Source: Rhizophagus irregularis (taxonomy: Eukaryota). Taken from it: a DNA stretch of 64,000 nt. Where the stretch lies: assembly GCF_026210795.1 (NCBI RefSeq), contig NC_089434.1, positions 1,240,001-1,304,000 of the forward strand, in the 5' to 3' direction. How positions within the stretch are numbered: position 1 is the first letter of the stretch; the number at the start of each line of letters is the position of its first letter. Under the pieces are notes generated by a model, which saw only the letters and a program-made list of their open reading frames with translations, did not search any database and had not been told where the DNA came from. This document shows, in pieces, positions 1 to 13,019 of this stretch. The position numbers and the translations under genes are program-made.

Positions 1-713
1 AGAAAAAGTTAATTCAAAAATTGATAAATTCAACTAAACAGGCTATAACGACAAATACAATTTTTGAAGCCATTACCTGGTTCAAGCAAAAATTGGTAAT
101 ACTTTGCCGCTTGTTGAATATGATGATAAATTTTCTTGATTAATACCACCAAACATTAACAAAGTTGAAAGAATAAATACATTTTTTAGATTATGTTTCT
201 AATCTAGACTTTTTTTCAAAAAATGTATGATACATATACAAGTAATATTAATCTACAAAACTGCGCTAAATCATATGATATTTCATCGACTGATTTTTTT
301 AACGTGTTTCTATGGTAATTTCACTATACCGTTCTAAGTAAATGATTAAAAAAACTATTAATGCGAATTTTTCATCACATGGTAAATTTGTCTATTTGCA
401 ATATCATTCTCATACTAACGAGTAAATTAAAAAAACTCACTTCACTAAAAGGGGAATATTATAAACGCATGATTAGAAGTTTGGAACGTGGTTATGTTGA
501 AATGAAACCGATTCGTTATTTTGATAACCTAATAAAATTTTGATTGATTAATTTAAATCTGTGATTTACAAAATTTCGTTTAATAAAATTTCACACTTAA
601 AACACTTAAAGAAAAGCGAATTAACAAATAATTTTACTTAACAGTTAAAGTCTACGCTTGATCGTTATAATAACTGCATATAGTCTCTTATTAGAAGAAA
701 AAAAAAAATTTTT

Positions 714-814
714 GATATAAATTCAGATGTGCTTTGAGAAGGTTGACTTCGTACCTGTTAGGTCGCACGCAAGGTGTACTAGGGGAGAGCCCTGTCTAAG
801 TAGTGTTTGGTATC
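714..814 (+). ncRNA. Candidate structured RNA or cis-element, copy 1 (family not recognised)
   Basis: GC-rich island conserved at 6501-6609. Several short hairpins (GAAG/CTTC, ACCT/AGGT, AGGG/CCCT) lie inside a possible closing stem GATATAAAT/GTTTGGTATC. Strand uncertain. Confidence 0.3.
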
Positions 815-1841
815 TTCATTCGTCTCAATCATAAGTATACCAATCCTAAAAGTATATGAAGTTTTTATTAATTGATTGAAATAGTTATATTATAAAATAA
901 ACATTTTTATATTTATCAATAAATAAATAAAACGAAAAATTAACTAAAAAAGATCAACTACATCGCTTTGCTTATCAAATGGTTTACTTTGTTCATTTAT
1001 TAGGACTTTGATTTTTAGAGCTCTATAAATTAATGAAAGATTGAGATTAGAAAAAAGGAATTTAAGAAATTTATTTATTAATCTTTATATACAGAGGAAA
1101 TCTAATTTACTTTACCGGTCGCGAAATGATTGAAGTGGGCTGAGCATGAATCAGGAATTTCGAAATACACTATTATGGGTGAAATTGATAAGAAAGAGTA
1201 GGTTCGTAGATATAAAACCCGTTATATCTGGAAAATATTATTAGGATTAGGTACGCGTTCAGCCTGATATGTGATTTTCCTCGATTTCTTGAATCTTGAT
1301 TGCACGATCTAAGATTAATAAAAAATTACATTGACAGTATTTATAGAAGTGCCTTACCTAGATTTTGTTCGTGGTACAGTTTCGTTAATGATGCAAATTC
1401 AAACAAATTTTGGTTAATAACAAACAGTGAAAAAAAGAAGTATACTGGTAATAGTTCCTATGATCGTTTCATTTGAAGTAGAGATTCTTGCATCAATTGA
1501 CTATACTGAAATTAAAGAGCGTTGGAAGAATCAGAAGTGAATAATAAAATTCAAACACGTACCTTATATGACTAGCACCTGAAAAATTGGGTCATAATAG
1601 TCTATAAAAGTTAAAAAGTTGTTGATAAACCGGAAATATAAACATGTGTCTTTGTTAACTAAAGGTGTAACAAACGAATTAATAATTTTTAAGAAATAAA
1701 TATCTGATATGACCAATTTTATTTATAACAAATTAGACGTTACAAAAAAATAATTTAATACAATTTTTTGAAGATTAACAGAAAAGTAATACATATATGA
1801 AGTATAAATGAAACTTAAAATATAATTAATCCAACAATCCT

Positions 1842-2204
1842 TCAAAGATAAAATAATTGCACTTCATCTTTAATTTCAATTATGCCTTTCAGCTCATATT
1901 TTAAATATAATGCCTTTTCCTCCCACAGGTAAAAGATGACTTTACCTTCTAAAAAGGTTCCGGCGGCGTTCGGTGCATTAAAGTTTAGAATGATGGTATC
2001 ATCCAATTTTCCATTAATATTACCGAGGTTGGTTTTAGACACAACGTCGGTTGCAACCATTTCATATCTCGTATCTTGAAACACTTTGCCACTTAACTCG
2101 ATTAAATTTAAGATGGTGATAGTGAATCCTTTAGTATCACCACCAAGTTCTTTTAATTTTGGTGTGTCAGTTGGTGTAATAGTAATATTGAATACTTTCG
2201 ACAT
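1842..2204 (-). CDS. Small (120 aa) intronless, predicted all-beta protein of unknown function; no obvious signal peptide
   Basis: Intact ATG-to-stop ORF, GC richer than flanks, alternating hydrophobic pattern; paralogue at the syntenic position 7830-8228. Confidence 0.8.
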   Translation of the reverse strand: MSKVFNITITPTDTPKLKELGGDTKGFTITILNLIELSGKVFQDTRYEMVATDVVSKTNLGNINGKLDDTIILNFNAPNAAGTFLEGKVIFYLWEEKALYLKYELKGIIEIKDEVQLFYL

Positions 2205-3857
2205 GATAGATATCGACTATATAAAGGGAATACATAAATTTCTTGTTAACATTAATTACGTTTTTATTTATTAAAACATATCATAATATGATACGAAAAT
2301 AATTAACCTCGTAAAATTTATCTCAGGCGATAATGAATCAGAAGAGGTTAAGGAAAAGCTCTGTATTTATTGATAATTAGAATAAGCACATAAAAAACGC
2401 CATCTTTATTGTAAAAGTCACATAAGTAAGAGAGCAATTATAATTATCGATCTTAATAATAAATTGTAACATAAATTAATTAAATTAAACAATTAATAAA
2501 GAAAATATGCATAAAAACGCGTGCCAATTGAATTAATTTAGAGACGGGTATTAATAAATAAAGAAGTCAAGATCGTGAAGATATTTCACTATTTGATAAG
2601 TATTGTACCATTATGATACCGTCGTACCCGTACCCGGGTATAATATTGTACAAAATCACTTTTTTAAAATATTGTTCCAAGGATTTTATAATGACTTTCT
2701 CTAAAATTCGGACTTTTCATATAACTTATTTCGCGATTAACTTGTAATAGGTCCCTGGAAATGTATTATGCCATATTTTAGCCGATATTTCTTTATTGTA
2801 AATGAAGAAACACGTAATTGTTTGGGGAAAAACTATCATTTGATACTATCATCATATCTTTTGACTTTGTCAATCGCTAAAACATTACGTATACAATTAA
2901 AAACGCCATCTTTATTATTAAAGATAGAATTTTTTTTAGCTAATAGTGATCAAAAAAGAAATAAAAATTTGAAAGATTAACAATAATACTTAATACACTA
3001 TAAATTGATAAACAATTAATTTTATAGTTTGTGTAATCATTTCAACAAAGTTGTACACGAGAAAATAATTTATCATCGCATGCATAACCATATTCCATAT
3101 GTGACATCAATATTTAACTTTTTTCTGATTTTGTCAAAATTTTTCATAAAGCTCAGGAAGCTTTTAGAAGCAAATATTATCCCTTGATGACCAAGCTAAT
3201 AGCAAAAAAGAAAAGTTAAATGGTCTATTCACTATTAAACACAATTACGAAGTTTAAAGAATACTGAAATATTTACATTGTTCAATGAAAGCACCATTCC
3301 TATTATAGAATTTTAAGATCACATAACATGAAAAAAAGAATTATTGATCAAAAAAGGGAAAATTTTGAATAATAATAGTAAAATAAATAACCACTAAAAT
3401 GTGAGTTACTTTTATGTACCAATTCCTGAATTAATCTAGAAATAAATATGACTATTTCTATATTTTATTGTTGACGGTCGTATTTAATATTTATTATTAT
3501 TTGCAAATCAACTTCACGAAAGCTGCACGAATCGCTTTTGTTAATATGTTTTTCGTTAGTTTCCACTATTTTATTTTATTTTTAATTGTAATAGAGAATT
3601 ATCAGTATTTTAACGCGTCTAATCGACTTATTAACGCAATATATTACATAAAGAGGTGTTATATAATATTTCAAATTTTACTTTTGAAATTTTCCTTTTT
3701 CTCTCTCTTTTTTTTCATATTAGCAATAATTCTTTTTAGTTTTTATTTTGCACTAAGATTTTCAAAAGAAAAAATTTTTATTTTCTCGAAAACATTTCGA
3801 TATATGACTTCTTACTTACAATATTAAAAAGAATAAAAAATCATTGCATACGTGCAT

Positions 3858-4293
3858 AATGGTGTGCTACCTCAATCAAATTCTTATGAAGTCGTTCATT
3901 TCACTTTCCATGTATCGTACATAACCAAGCTCTTGTTCATCTGATGAATTTACTGTATGAATTCGAGTATTTTGAACGACAGAAAAAGATACTGTTGATG
4001 AACCGAAGATAAAGTTCATTTGCCTTTACATGTTCTCGTCCATAACAGATAAAGAATTGGATGAATTCTATACGATTATTAAGGATTGGATTGACTTTGT
4101 TTATAAGAAGAGAAGACTTGTGAGATTTGATGAAGCGATAGAATCACGAAAGAATTCAAAAAGGGACAGAAATTAAAATTATCAACCGTTATCTAATTCT
4201 TAGCATGAGTCTACAAGATTTTGAAATCTAAGTAATAGAGAAAGCGAGCCAAAGTGGGACACGAAACACTTGAGTTCGATGCTCCAGCATCTA
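3858..4293 (+). pseudogene. Degenerate coding-like remnant, also present at ~9803-10275
   Basis: Protein-like segments (GVLPQSNSYEVVHFTFHV; DKELDEFYTIIKDWIDFVYKKRRLVRF) broken by stops and frameshifts in both copies. Confidence 0.35.
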
Positions 4294-5079
4294 AATAAAA
4301 GAGAAAATTAATTATTATATTCATACCAGATCAAATTTTATCACATTTTAAAAAAATTACTCTATTCTTTTTGGCTACAATGAACTATCGTTTAATGGAT
4401 CGTGTGTTAAGAAGTCATGGAATTGAGAGATGGAACAAAAATCTAGTCAATTGTAAAGTTAGTTTGTTCCAGAGTTATAATGCCAATCAAGACCTTTACG
4501 ATCGTTAGTTGTTGGGTTAAGAACCTTTAATATAATTAATAAATAGAATATGTTTGTTATAAAAGACATGCTTAGATCTTACCATGGGTTAAACATCTGA
4601 ATTATTGGAACTTTTAGCAAACTAAATTCCGTGATTTTTCAACCTTCTCAACATATTTCCTTATATGATGAGACGTAATAATCAAACGTTGACCCTTCAT
4701 TTCAACAACACACGTTATTAATAGTATGACAACTCAGTTTACATATTGATTGATGAAATCGATTATTTGGTCGCATTGGTTGGGCTATATATAAACTTTT
4801 CTTCGGTTACGTTAATCCGGAACGTATAGTCCATGATTGCGGCATGAGCTTAATATATTGAGCGCGCGATTTTTTTTCATTCGAAATATTGCGTTAATTC
4901 TCACGTCGCGGAAAAGATTACACGTGACTTCGTACACTTGATTCGCAATTTTTTTTTGTATTTCGATAAAAATCATATAATAAAGCAATAGAAATAATTT
5001 ATAATTATGATTCCAATTTTTTAATATATTCAAATGTTTTATTAAATTATAAAATTTAATTATTTTTCCTAATACATTA

Positions 5080-5905
5080 TATTATTATTAAACTTTGCCA
5101 CGTTTTTGCCATCATTCTTCTATTTTCTAGTATCCATGTCAATATTCATTTTTTTCAATTCGGACGAACATTTTTTAACCATAAAAGCCCTTTGGTTCGT
5201 TACGTGATTCTTCTAACAACTCTTTGGCCTTAGATGTAACTAGAAATTAATAGCAATTAAAGCTACATACAAAATTCTCATTATATATAAAATTATAAAT
5301 ACTTGGTCCAAGATTCCATATAAATAAGTCAAATCTACTTCATATGTATCTCTCTCTTCATCACTTTAAATAATAAAATCATTTTCAACAATTGAATCTT
5401 GAGTTAATGGAACGCTTATTTTGTGATTTTGAGAATTTTACAAGAAAAATACATTAACCAATTTGCGAATAACTTCCATTCATTATACCTGTAATGTAAA
5501 AAATAATATTAAAGTCATCTACCGTACGTATATTAAAATAAATTACATTTTACCTCTTTTTTTGGTTCTTGTCCCGATAAACCCATGAATATTCATCACC
5601 TTCTGAGATAGATGTAGTAATGTGATGACCAATTTCAATTTTTGACGATCCATCTTTTCTCAAGAAAGGATGAAAGTTCATTACAAAAATTCATGTTTAA
5701 CTTCTTCATTTACTCCTTCATAAACTCATTGGTTTATATAAAGGAATTAAAAGGCTTCTAATAATTATCCTCACTAACTCAAGTTTTTTTTTATTTTTTG
5801 AGCGAGCCATTTAAGGCAACACTCTTTTCATTTAGATATTCTTCATAGTTTTGAAAAACATGATACCTCTGTAAGCTTTATTTTGTTAGTTCAACATTGT
5901 GACAT
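5080..5905 (-). pseudogene. Possible spliced gene remnant between the two duplicated units
   Basis: Coding-like blocks bounded by minus-strand GT/AG signals; no intact ORF; product not recognised. Confidence 0.25.
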
Positions 5906-6500
5906 ACATAGTAAAAGGAGAAAAAGGAGAGATTAATTTAACGAAGGTTTGATAATAAATATAACAACCGGAAATCAGTATCCGAAGTCATGTGAAAATA
6001 AATCCGCCTAATATTTTTTCCGGGAAACTTTTTTTTACTAAACTAGCTAGAACATCTGATATTGACGATCAGCTGAATTTAAAGTATTTCTATGGTAATT
6101 TAATGATCGAAGAACTATTAGAATCATTATTTTTTTTTTACTAATGAGTGAATTAAAAAATACTCACTTTGCTTCGTCAGCATATTTTTTTTTTACACTT
6201 CAACCATGTCATATTCACGGCGGGAGAAAAAGGAATATTATATAAACGCACGATTTGTGATAACGTTTGTTACTATGATAACTATTCATTATTTTGTTAA
6301 CCTACAAAATTTTGATTTATAGATAGAATTAAAGATTTTTTCTTCTAAAAATAAAATTTTACAAAATTTTATCATCAAGATTACGTTAATCGAATTTGAA
6401 ATTTACCTAAAGTTAAAACCTACGCTTGATCGGTATAATTCTTTTGTGAATAGTCACTTAGCAATTCCTTTTATCAGAAGAGAAGGAAATTGATGTTGAT

Positions 6501-6609
6501 GTTATAAATTCAGGTGTACTTTGAGAAGGGTTTCCTTCGCGCCTGTTAGGTCGCGTACAAGATGTAAATCTTACTAGGCGAGAGATCTGTCTAAGTAGTG
6601 TTTGGTATC
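6501..6609 (+). ncRNA. Candidate structured RNA or cis-element, copy 2
   Basis: Homologue of 714-814 with GAAGG/CCTTC, GCCT/AGGT and an additional AAGAT-GTAA-ATCTT hairpin; 3' end ctgtctaagtagtgtttggtatc is identical in both copies. Confidence 0.3.
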
Positions 6610-7829
6610 GATCATCAACCAAACTTAAAATATAAGAAGTATTTATTAATGTGAATTTAATTAGAAATGAAATGTTTGTTCATGAATAAAATAAACAAAA
6701 AATTTGCCATATATAAAAAATAAACTACCAGCTTGTTTACGCCTTAGTAAAAAGTTGATGAACAAGTACGTCCTTTTCATTTATTTGGATTTTGGTCTCT
6801 TGTAATCGGGTTATTTGAAGCTCTGAAAAAATAATGAAGTACGAATTTAGAAAAATGCAATTAAGAAATTTATTAATCTTGAAACTATGTATTGGAAAAA
6901 ATCTGATATATAATGAAATGATTGGCATGAGCCAGAAATATTGTTATGAGCGAAATTCATAAGGGAAAGAAAAATTCACGAATATAAAGACCAATTTTGT
7001 CTAGAAAATGGTATAAAGACGCTAGACGCTATTGGCGTTCATCCTCCATCATTTTATAGATTTGTGATTTATCTATTTCTTAAATCTTGATTGCATAATT
7101 TAATAAGTTACATTGGGACATAAGTATTTATAGAAAAATTTACCTTTGATTCATATACTCATTAATGATGCAAATTCGAACAATCTTTGTTAATATCAAA
7201 CAATGAAAAAAATGATATAATTCCTATGGCTGTTTCATTTAAATAGAAATTCCATTAATTAATTTAGATTAATCAAAGAGCGTTCGAAGGATCAAAGAAT
7301 AAACAATAAAATTCGAATATAGAGTTTGTACATACCCTTGTATGACTATCAGAAAAATTTAATGAGTAATTCTTGCCATAGTAGTCATAATAGTCACAAA
7401 TTGAATGAGTTTCTTTTTAATCGACAAGATATAACTAAAGGCATAGATCGTGTTGGTTAGACGAGTTAATTCTTCGAAAGTTTCTACTGACGAAAATTTA
7501 ACATGTTATTCTTTGCTTTTAAGCGAAATTTTCTTGACTTGTTAAAGAAATTTGCTTATGTCGATTCTGCCAGAACTTAGTCAATTAATAATAATTCATT
7601 CTTATATTTTAAGAAATAATAAGATCAAATTTATTTTTAACGATTATAATAAGACTTTACATAAAAATAATTTGTTACAACTTTTTGTCGAAGATAAATA
7701 GTAATAAATATATGATGTATACTATAAAAAATGAAATCAAAAAAAAATATAATTAACCGACACACCATAGGCGTTAAAATTTGAGATTGTATCTCAAAGG
7801 AATTTAATCAACGCGGAAATAGGACTATC

Positions 7830-8228
7830 TTAAAAATTAAATATTACTTCGTCTCCATTAATAATATTGTTTCCAATTTGGATATCGTATTGTAATCGTA
7901 TGATCGTTCCAGACTGCATGTAAAGTCTAACGCGACTGTTGTTAATAGTTCCAACATTCGGAACGTTCACATTAAAAGAAATTTCTTGTTCCTGGTCTCC
8001 ATGATTTATGTATCCAAGATCAGTTCCAGTTCCAAGAACTGTTGCGCTCGTTATTTCAATTGATGATGGAATTTTAAACGCCTGTCCTTTAATCTCGATC
8101 AAACCGACAATTATAGCATTAAACTCTTTACAATTTTCGTTCTCAAGGTCTCTTGTGAAAGTAATAACAGGAGGCAAGGTAATATTAAATTCGTTTTGGT
8201 TTCCTACACGTGTAACTTGTATTGACAT
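7830..8228 (-). CDS. Small (132 aa) predicted all-beta protein, paralogue of 1842-2204
   Basis: Intact ORF from ATG 8228 (MSIQVTR). Shares FNIT..P, LIE..G..F, T.LG.IN, L.Y and DEV..F motifs with the 120-aa protein. Confidence 0.8.
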   Translation of the reverse strand: MSIQVTRVGNQNEFNITLPPVITFTRDLENENCKEFNAIIVGLIEIKGQAFKIPSSIEITSATVLGTGTDLGYINHGDQEQEISFNVNVPNVGTINNSRVRLYMQSGTIIRLQYDIQIGNNIINGDEVIFNF

Positions 8229-11200
8229 GATAACTATAACAAAAAAATACAAAGATATTAACTATGTAAAGAATACATAATTTCTTGTTAACATTGATTA
8301 CGTTTTATTAATTAGAGACATTTGTTAATACGAAAAATAAAATTAACCTTGTAAAATTTAGCTGAAAATGAATTAGAAGAGAAGAGAAAAATAAGGAAAA
8401 GCTTTATTAAGCGATTTGTAATTAGAATGAATCACAATAAAAAAAAACGCCATCTATTGTAAAAGTCACGTAATGTGAAAGAATTTATTATAATAATTGA
8501 TATAATAATAATAATAAATTAATTAAACTAAACAATAAATAAAAAAAATGCGAGTAATACACCCAAAACGCGAGCCAATTGAATTAATTTAAAGACGGGT
8601 ATTAATAAATAAAGAAATCAAGAACATGAAGCTATTTATTTCACCCATTTGATAAGTATTGTGTTATAGTACGTATCCAAGTATAATATTGTACATATTC
8701 ACGAAACATTTTTAAAAAATATTGTTCAAAAGTTTTTTTTTTTACAATGATTTCTTTGAAATTCGGATTTTTTCATATATCTATTTTGCGATTAACTCCT
8801 GGAATTGGGTTATGTCATACTTTTGCCGATAATTCATTTCTTAGCTTATTTTAAATGAGAAACTATCATGTGATATACGTAATCATCAAATCTATGACTC
8901 TGGCAATTGCTAAAACATTACATATACAATGAAAAACGCCTATTATATGAAATATTTATTTAGCGATTATTGATAAAATTGAAAATTAATAATAATAATA
9001 ATAATAAATCATTGTTGGTACACCGAGTTAATTGAAAATGGATATTAATAAATAAAGTAATAATTCATTTTTATAGTTTGTGTATCATTTCTACTAAAGT
9101 TGTGCACGAGAAAATAATTTATCTTCACATGCAGAATCATATTTCATACCTGATAAAGATCAGGAAGCTTTTTTAGAAGCAAATATTATCCCTTGATGAC
9201 TAAGCTAATAAAAAGGAAAAATTAAATATTATTATATGAAAACTTTATTCCCGACACAGAAAAGAATGCTGAAATTTTACATTGTTCATTGAAAGCACCA
9301 TCCGATTATAGGAAAAAAAATTGACTACTTTGTAATAATATAATAATAAATAATAATAAAATAATTAACCACTATTTTAAATGATGTAAAATAAGAAAAA
9401 TGAGTTAACTTGACGTATCAATCCCTTAACAAAAACGATTCTTCCATCAAATGTGAAAGTTTATTTTAAGTTTTCATTGGATATTTCTCTACTTTGATTT
9501 TTTAATTGTAATAGAGAATTATCAGTACATTCTTTATATTTTTAACGCGTCTAATAGTTTTATTGAACAAGTCTTTTGTGCAATATATTATAGGTTATAT
9601 TTGAAATTTTACTTTAAACGTTTCCTTATCTCATTTTTTTTTTAAAAAAATATTAGCAAATTCTTTTTATTTCTTTCGTTTGTATTAAATTTTCGAAAAT
9701 AAAGAGAAATTTTTATTTATTCAAAGATATATCAATATATAACATCTTCATTAAAAATAATTATACAGTATTCGTGTATTATTCACTATATTGGTAGCCG
9801 ACTATGGTGTGCTACCTCAATAGAATTCTTATGAAGTCGTCCATTTCACTTTCTATGTTCTGTACATGTCCAAGTTCTTGTTCATATAATGAATTATTGA
9901 AACTGTAAGTTCAATGAAACTTAATCCGAATAATATTTAAGTTGTTTGGACGAAAAGATAAGATATTGTTGATGGAAAAAAAGTTGTTTGCTTTTATTTG
10001 TTACCGTCTCGTAACAGAAAAGGGATCGATTTAGATGAATTCCGTGCGGCTATAAAGAATCGAGTTCATAAGAAGAGGAAACTTATGAAATTTGCGAAGC
10101 GATATGCACGAAAGAAATCAAAAATTTAAAATTATCAACTATAGTCAAATTCCTAACAGAAATCAATAGAAGTCCACAAGGTAATATATTAAACAAAAAT
10201 TTGAATAATAGAGATAGCGATTCAAAGTAGCACAAGCAGCATAAGTGGGCACCAAGTTCAATGCTTCAGCATCTACGTGAAAGTAGTTTATGAAGAATCG
10301 CAGTCATTTATTTAAGAATGTTAAGAATTGAGAATTTTAGTATAATTATAGGGTATGCGACAGCGATGACAATCAACAAATTAATACAAAAGAGAGGTTA
10401 GTGAGATGAATAAAGAAATATTTATTAAATCTTTTACTGTATTTCTATTTGGATATTTAATGTTGGTTAGTTAATAAGGGAAATTAAGGAACGAGGTGGA
10501 CATTTATTTTCTTTTGAAGCTTAATTATTTCAATAACTAATTGAGTTTAATTAATTAATCATACCTTAATTTTTACCATAGAACGTCCTATCAATTATTT
10601 CATCAATAATAGAATAGGGAAGGTGAAGATTTCCTTCATTACTTAAATTACCTTACTTTGTGCGTAATAAAATTTTATATATTATTAATTAATAATTTTT
10701 TTGAGTGAAGTCAGCGAATATCTAATCATTCAAAACTTTGTAATTTTGTTTTGTTGTTGAGGTTCTCGTTTTTACTTTTTAAATTTTACTTTATTGTTCT
10801 TATTTAGTTATTTTATGAAAAAGAAACATTGAAAATTTTAGCTTGAATTAGACGTATCAACGTTCCTGAATTGTTTAAGAGGGCAACATAATTATTTTGT
10901 TGGGTATAAATAAAGAAAATTTAAATTTTGCACGCCATTTATAGTATATCACGTGTTAAAATATACCCAATTTATTTTTTATTAGGTGATTAATAATAAA
11001 AAGTGGGAAGAATCATATGATCTTTTTGGTGCATCACTCGGACGATAGGATGTTGTGGGAATTAATGATCAAGTGTGCTTTGCTTGTTAAATATTATCAA
11101 GTACAGTATATTGGTTTGAAGCGACGTAAATTCGATAAAAAACCATAGTAACATGAATGGATATGTTCTTAAAAATGAAACTGCTCTGGGTAATATTATG

Positions 11201-11281
11201 TGAAACAGTAATCTTAAAGAATACTATTATTATAGTATTATTATGATGAAAAAAGGTGAAATAATAATCATCCTAACTTCT

Positions 11282-12308
11282 GGGTATCAAGACATTTCGC
11301 CGAAGGGACGTTTTCGCCGAATGGACATTATTTATTACATTTGTTTATTTTATCAGTTATTGTTTTTATGCTAAATATCATACAATTATTTACACCTATT
11401 AAACCACTTTCGATCATAGCTAATCTTCCAGTTCTATACCAAATAAACTACAGTATATACTAAAATAAAAAAAATACATACAAAATTAAACTGCGTAAAA
11501 ATAAAATAAACTAAATCTGTATACACAGTGAAATTCGATAAACCGGATCTGTCGGTTCCACTAAAAATATCCGGTTTATCGGGATATCCGGTTTAGCGAA
11601 AAAATTTCGATATATTGAAAATCTATTATACAGAATTTTTAAAAAATTTTAATGCTAATAAAATTAATATACACTATAATTAAATTTTTCATCTTAGTTT
11701 TAAGTCATAGAGGTCATGAAAATGAATATAAAATATTTTAATTAAATATATAAGTAATACAAAACTTCAGCCGGAATTAAGATTTTTATAATTCCGGCCA
11801 AAATTAAGATTTACCGCATCACGTTACTTAAATTTTATTGGTTGATAATCACGTGATCCGGTTTATCGAATCATTTTTTACTATAGCTGGTTAGAAAATT
11901 GGTCCGTAATAGCGAATATCGAGCTTTTACTAGTAAACTCCGGTATATCGAACCTATTTAATATACGTGATTTGGTTCCAGCAAAAAAGTCCGGTTTAGG
12001 CCCAAATCCGGTTTATCGAAGATCCGGTTTATCGAATTTCACTGTGTATTATTTTAATATTATTTCGCTAGTAAATTCACGTAACATTCATTATTAATGA
12101 TTTCACGGCTTAATTTTTAACTATTAATGATAACCTTTTGTTTTATCCAATAGTCTTTATGTATTTTTTTTATTAAGGTTCCTGATGTAATTTAATAAAT
12201 AAATAAAAAATTTTTTATTTTCATTGCGCGATTAATATTTTTATAAAAGTGATAATCGATATCATTTCTATCATTTTCAGCGAAATGGCTTCGGCGAAAC
12301 GTCTCGAT
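11282..12308. mobile_element. Non-autonomous TIR element hosting the MITE at 11524-12046
   Basis: atcaagacatttcgccgaa (11286-11304) is an imperfect inverted repeat of ttcggcgaaacgtctcgat (12290-12308); the right end is truncated at the second MITE copy. Confidence 0.55.
11524..12046. mobile_element. MITE, Tc1/mariner-pogo type
   Basis: TIR CACAGTGAAATTCGATAAACCGGATCT / AGATCCGGTTTATCGAATTTCACTGTG, TA on both sides, internal repeats of ccggtttatcg. Confidence 0.9.
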
Positions 12309-12751
12309 TTTTTTGCTGGAACCAAATCACTCGATATCGTAGCACGTGATCATTAACCAATAAAATTTTAAGTAACGTGATGCGGTAAATCTTAATTTTG
12401 GCCAGAATCCTAAAATTTAATTCTGGCTGGAGTTATATATTACTTATATATTCAATTAGGGCTGGTACGAAATAACTGACCACGATTTTAATAAATATTG
12501 CGTGATTAAAATAAAACCTGGGTAGGGATCAATTAATATTTTATATTCATTTTCATGACCTCTGTGACTTAAAACTAAGATGAAAAAATTAAAATTAGTA
12601 TATATTAGTTTTATTATCATGAAAAAATTTTTAAAAATTCAGTATAACAGATTTTCAATACATCAAAAATTTTTCGCTATACCAGATCCCGATAAACTGG
12701 ATATTTTTAGTGAGTGGAACCGATAGATCCAGTTTATTGAATTTCACTGTG
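12309..12751 (-). mobile_element. Partial, inverted, more decayed copy of the same MITE
   Basis: Reverse-complement match to ~11524-11990; ends in gatccagtttattgaatttcactgtg. Confidence 0.85.
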
Positions 12752-13019
12752 TGTGATGTACTTCATCTTTATCTACTAAATAACAGTAAGATGAATAATA
12801 TATTATATATATATATATACTGTATGCGTTTTATCATTATTACAACTATTTAAAATAATTTTAGATAAAAAAAATTCTTGTAATAATAATACACATTAAG
12901 TTACTTGCCATTCATTGAATTTATTCGTAGCTCGTTAAATGCTTGACAAGCTGTGGTCTAATATATTAAATACTTGTTTATTTTATTACTTTAAATATTC
13001 AATTAAAAAGAATTTATAT

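Larger units (their letters stand above)
305..4293. repeat. Tandem segmental duplication, copy A (~4 kb)
   Basis: Collinear matches with 6085-10275 throughout: tttctatggtaattt (307/6087), ctacgcttgatcg (652/6420), gacgggtattaataaataaagaa (2543/8594), gaagcaaatattatcccttgatgac (3167/9176), cagcatcta (4285/10267). Confidence 0.9.
6085..10275. repeat. Tandem segmental duplication, copy B
   Basis: Collinear similarity to 305-4293. Confidence 0.9.

Noticed and set aside
714..814. Assignment of the conserved element to tRNA, snRNA, SRP, RNase P/MRP or TPP riboswitch
   Set aside because: None of the diagnostic sequence motifs could be found by eye on either strand; kept only as an unassigned candidate.
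361..3827. ORFs 361-543, 2086-2274, 2768-2980, 3468-3827
   Set aside because: Low-complexity or antisense frames; the first, third and fourth are not preserved in the duplicated copy.
4380..4900. Possible LINE-derived fragment
   Set aside because: Only vaguely protein-like, with many stops and no diagnostic RT motif.
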